From the NCBI GenBank assembly GCA_963682135.1, contig OY821645.1, positions 2,144,001 to 2,208,000 of the forward strand: a stretch of 64,000 nucleotides of DNA, in the 5' to 3' direction. Position numbers and translations under genes: made by a program. Source of the DNA: Methanothrix sp. (lineage in GTDB: Archaea > Halobacteriota > Methanosarcinia > Methanotrichales > Methanotrichaceae). Every line of letters starts with the position of its first letter. The stretch's first letter is position 1. Shown piece after piece: positions 60,470 to 64,000 of this stretch. The notes under the pieces are model-generated. The model was not told the DNA's origin, searched no databases, and saw only the letters and a list, made by a program, of their open reading frames with translations.

Positions 60470-61386
60470 AGGCCAGGATCAGAGACTTCTTTCTGACCAA
60501 AGAAGGATGGATCTTCGCTGTGGCAGACTACAGCCACCCCAATGGTCTTCGCTCAATGCTCCGCTATGTTCCCGATGCCGCAGGAGAGCGCGAGGCCGAT
60601 GGCAAGCGCTACCGCAAGATGGATTTCGATCCGGCCTATGAATTTCTCAGGCGAGAGCGACCGGATTGGGCCCAGGACCTGCATGTGGTTCCCCTATCGC
60701 AGGTGCAGAGAATTTACCCGCCGTCCGAGGGCCTTTTATCCGTAGCGAAAAAAGACCCAAGAGTTCGAAAGATTGCCGTCCTGCTAGCAGATGCAGGTGT
60801 GCCATGGGAGCAGATGGGCATCACCGGGTCTATGCTGGTAGGTCTTGACAGTCCCAGCTCAGATATCGATTTTGTGGTTTATGGCCCTCTTTGGTGGAAA
60901 GCCAGGGATATCGTGGCCCGGGCCAAGGCGAAAGGAATAATTGACGATCTTGACGAGCCCACCTGGAGGAAGATTTACACCAAGCGAAAGCCGGAGATCA
61001 GTTTCGAGGACTTCATGCGGCATGAGAAGCGCAAAGGAAATCGGGGCATGATTCAAGGCACCTATTTTGACCTTCTCTTCACTCGCGAATGGGACCAGAT
61101 ACAAGCGCAGTCTGCCGGCAGACCGGCTGGAGAAGGACTGATAGAAGCTCGAGTAACTAATGCCGATTTTGCCTTTGATAGTCCTGCCATCTTCCATCTG
61201 GATCACCCTGAGGTAAAAGAGATATTCTGCTATTCGCATACCTATGCCGGCCAGGCGCTGGCCGGCGAGACAATTGAGGCTAAAGGCGTGCTGGAAGAGA
61301 CCGCTCAGGGTCTAAGGCTGGTAGTAGGAACCACACGCGAGGCTCGCGGTGAATGGATCAGATCATTAACCTTGCTGGAAAGATAA
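60466..61386 (+). CDS. Archaeal nucleotidyltransferase (COG1665-like)
   Basis: GITGSMLVG...SDIDFVVYG (Pol-beta fold); C-terminal OB-like domain. Confidence 0.8.
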   Translation: MKARIRDFFLTKEGWIFAVADYSHPNGLRSMLRYVPDAAGEREADGKRYRKMDFDPAYEFLRRERPDWAQDLHVVPLSQVQRIYPPSEGLLSVAKKDPRVRKIAVLLADAGVPWEQMGITGSMLVGLDSPSSDIDFVVYGPLWWKARDIVARAKAKGIIDDLDEPTWRKIYTKRKPEISFEDFMRHEKRKGNRGMIQGTYFDLLFTREWDQIQAQSAGRPAGEGLIEARVTNADFAFDSPAIFHLDHPEVKEIFCYSHTYAGQALAGETIEAKGVLEETAQGLRLVVGTTREARGEWIRSLTLLER

Positions 61387-61421
61387 ATCAAGAATCTCAG
61401 TCATAATAAGAGGTCTTTTAC

Positions 61422-62936
61422 ATGTTGCAGGTTCGTCCCATTGATATCGAGATTGGTCAGCACAAAGTCATGCTCAACATAGCGGATGCCAGAGAGAGAG
61501 GTCTTAACCCCGGTGACCGGGTAAGGGTTAGAACAAAGGGTGCCTCGACCACCGCCATACTCGACACCACTCTGGAGATGGTCAAGGCTGGTGAAATAGG
61601 CATATTCACAGAGGCTCTAAAAGACCTGAAGAATCCCATAAATGTAGATGTTCTACCTGCACCCAAGCCCGCCTCTCTCTGCTATATAAAAAGCATAATG
61701 GATAAGAAAAAGCTCACCGAGGAGCAGATCCGGACCATCGTACAGGATATTGTGGATAATAACCTCAGTGAGATTGAGCTTTCTGCATACGTCACTGCCT
61801 CCTATATTCATAATATGGATTCGGAGGAGGTGTATTATTTGACCAAGGCCATGATCGATACAGGTGAGCGAATTCACTTCGACACCCATCCCGTCATGGA
61901 CAAGCATAGCATTGGAGGCGTTCCCGGCAATAAGGTCTCTTTGCTGGTGGTGCCGATAGTCGCGGCTGCCGGACTTCTTATTCCCAAGACCAGTTCTCGT
62001 GCCATTACCGGCGCTGGCGGAACCGCGGACCTCATGGAAATACTGGCACCCGTGGAGTTCAATGCCGAAGAGATCAAAGAACTCACTGAGAAGGTGGGCG
62101 GGGTCATCGTCTGGGGTGGAGCTACCAACATTGCTCCCGCCGACGACAAGCTGATTAAGGCTGAGTACGCGCTCTCCGTCGATCCCTATAGCCAGATGCT
62201 TGCCTCCATCATGGCCAAGAAAGGAGCTGTAGGCGCAGATGCCGTTGTGGTGGACATGCCGGTGGGTCCCGGTACAAAGCTAGCCACTTCCGAATCGGGT
62301 CGAACTTTAGCTAAAGACCTCATCGATCTGGGGGGACGCCTGGGCATTCGTGTGGAATGCGCCATGACCTTCGGCGGTTCGCCGGTAGGCCGAACCATTG
62401 GTCCGGCCGTTGAGGTACGTGAAGCCCTCAGTGTCTTGGAGAATAAAGAGGGCCCGAATAGCCTGAAGGAAAAGAGCCTCTCACTGGCTGGCATTCTGCT
62501 GGAGATGGGAGGTGTCGCCGGGCGCGGTGACGGCTACAAAGCAGCCGAGGATATTCTCACCAGCGGAAAAGCCCATAAAAAGCTCATGGAAATCATCGAG
62601 GCTCAGGGCGGCAACCCCCAGGTGAAGAGCGAAGAGATTGCAATTGGAGATAACTGTGAGGATATTCTAGCTCCAGCAGGAGGCTACATCGTGGCCTTCT
62701 ACAATAAACGGCTGGTGGAGCTGGCTCGCATGGCCGGCGCTCCCGCGGACAAGAAAGCAGGAGTTATCATCCACAGGAAGATGGGCGAGAGAGTAAAGAA
62801 GGGAGAGCCTTTGATCACCATCTGCTCCTCTTCAGATTGGCAGCTGGAGAGCGCTGTTAAGGATGCCAATAGGCAGATGCCAATCGTTGTCGAGGGAATG
62901 CTGCTGGAGAGATACCCCAGGATCACCGAGCTATAG
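61422..62936 (+). CDS. deoA: AMP phosphorylase
   Basis: N-terminal double-psi barrel, DKHSIGGVPGNK, KTSSRAIT, ASIMAKK. Confidence 0.93.
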   Translation: MLQVRPIDIEIGQHKVMLNIADARERGLNPGDRVRVRTKGASTTAILDTTLEMVKAGEIGIFTEALKDLKNPINVDVLPAPKPASLCYIKSIMDKKKLTEEQIRTIVQDIVDNNLSEIELSAYVTASYIHNMDSEEVYYLTKAMIDTGERIHFDTHPVMDKHSIGGVPGNKVSLLVVPIVAAAGLLIPKTSSRAITGAGGTADLMEILAPVEFNAEEIKELTEKVGGVIVWGGATNIAPADDKLIKAEYALSVDPYSQMLASIMAKKGAVGADAVVVDMPVGPGTKLATSESGRTLAKDLIDLGGRLGIRVECAMTFGGSPVGRTIGPAVEVREALSVLENKEGPNSLKEKSLSLAGILLEMGGVAGRGDGYKAAEDILTSGKAHKKLMEIIEAQGGNPQVKSEEIAIGDNCEDILAPAGGYIVAFYNKRLVELARMAGAPADKKAGVIIHRKMGERVKKGEPLITICSSSDWQLESAVKDANRQMPIVVEGMLLERYPRITEL

Positions 62937-62960
62937 AAATGGCGTTAGAGGGCATAAAAA

Positions 62961-63806
62961 ATGTTGGTCGCAATCACCTATCACGAGGATTTCGGAAAGC
63001 GGGGATTTAGCGTATTAAAAGAGAGAATCCAGCCGTCATTCGAGAAGCTCATGCAGTCGGGTCTGGTGGAGGGCGTTGATGTGCAGGTTTTCAAGGCAAG
63101 ACAGGCTCCACTAGAGCTGGTAGCTGCGGCCCACACCGCAGCCCACATGGCCAATATGGAGAGTGATCCATACAGAGAGGTGGCAATTCTCTCCGCAGGC
63201 AGCGTAATGATGGCGGCTGAGATGGTGGCCGAGGGCATAGCCCGCAGGGCATTTGCCTATACCGGGACAGCCGGACACCATGCCTCACGGGGCAGTTGCT
63301 GGGGCTTCTGCTACTTCAACGATGTGGCTATCACCATTCTGCGTCTGCGGCAGATGGGGCTGCAGCGCTTCCTTATCGTAGATGTTGATCCACATTTTGG
63401 GGATGGCACACGCGACTTTTTCAAAGACGATGCCGACGTATTTCATATTAACATGCACAGCGGCACCGGTGAGGAGCATGATCCCGTAAAAAACAATTAC
63501 GACATCGGCCTCACATTTGGTGGCAACAATGAGAGGTTCCTGGCAGCTCTGCACAGCGCCCTGGAATTGACCAAGGATTTTGACTATCAGATGGCTTTTG
63601 TCATCTTCGGCCATGACTCCCATCAGGATGATTATGGTGGTTTTAATCTCACCTTCGAAGCCTATCCCAGGATGACGCAATTAATAATGGACGCAGTGGG
63701 CGATAGGGGACTGGTCTTTGTGCTCAGTGGCGGCTCGTGTGTGCATGTGGCGGAAAAAGTAATTCCGGATGTTATTCGAGTCTTAGCGGGAAGGTGGCCG
63801 TCTTGA
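62961..63806 (+). CDS. Histone deacetylase-family amidohydrolase
   Basis: GHHA, GFCYFND, DVDPHFGDGT, GHD. Confidence 0.9.
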   Translation: MLVAITYHEDFGKRGFSVLKERIQPSFEKLMQSGLVEGVDVQVFKARQAPLELVAAAHTAAHMANMESDPYREVAILSAGSVMMAAEMVAEGIARRAFAYTGTAGHHASRGSCWGFCYFNDVAITILRLRQMGLQRFLIVDVDPHFGDGTRDFFKDDADVFHINMHSGTGEEHDPVKNNYDIGLTFGGNNERFLAALHSALELTKDFDYQMAFVIFGHDSHQDDYGGFNLTFEAYPRMTQLIMDAVGDRGLVFVLSGGSCVHVAEKVIPDVIRVLAGRWPS

Positions 63807-64000
63807 GGATGGCCTCCAACTGTTATCCCTGTATCCTGGACCGGGCCAAGTTCGAGTGCGATCTCGTCTTTTCCAGTGAAGAGGATAAGAAGGCGGCCAT
63901 GGAGGAGCTGCTGGATTACTTGGCTGGCCACAAGAATGGAGTGTCTGCATTGGTGGGAACGCAGAGAGAGAATATCATCAAGAGGCGCAGCGGAAATCCA
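63803..64000 (+). CDS. DUF89/ARMT1-like damage-control phosphatase, N-terminal part (runs off the window)
   Basis: Manual translation (M)RMASNCYPCILDRA...KRRSGNP: N-terminal CxxC and GxP(DPY) pattern; TTG overlaps the HDAC stop. Confidence 0.7.
   Translation, partial: MRMASNCYPCILDRAKFECDLVFSSEEDKKAAMEELLDYLAGHKNGVSALVGTQRENIIKRRSGNP

Overview
This is an archaeal chromosome segment. Gene content points to a cytochrome-containing methanogen, most like Methanothrix/Methanosaeta (inferred from purF, argS, archaeal tpiA, pan, mbf1, Sm1-rpl37e, aTrm56, ferredoxin plus geranylgeranyl reductase, AMP phosphorylase and ahbA/ahbD). It is mostly housekeeping genes, with clusters of secreted proteins (about 2.7-9.9 kb and 33.8-35.6 kb), a hicBA toxin-antitoxin pair, and low-GC inserts (1-1.4 kb and 47.0-48.9 kb). 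The clearest mobile element is a 1325-bp tnpB-only IS200/IS605 (IS1341-type) element at 37060-38384. It splits an isoprenylcysteine-methyltransferase-family gene, and both ends, the TAM (TTTAA) and the predicted guide can be read from the sequence. Other leads: a beta-CASP/MBL nuclease next to an archaeal Vms1/VLRF1 gene, a repeated TCATAA/TTATGA operator-like motif shared by the glutamate synthase and glutamate dehydrogenase promoters, several enzymes with altered catalytic motifs (GAPDH-like, HDAC-like, M48-like, acylphosphatase), an apparent ACG start on thioredoxin, and a shared C-terminal motif in two surface proteins. No tRNA, rRNA or CRISPR array was seen. All product calls come from motif recognition by eye; no searches were run.
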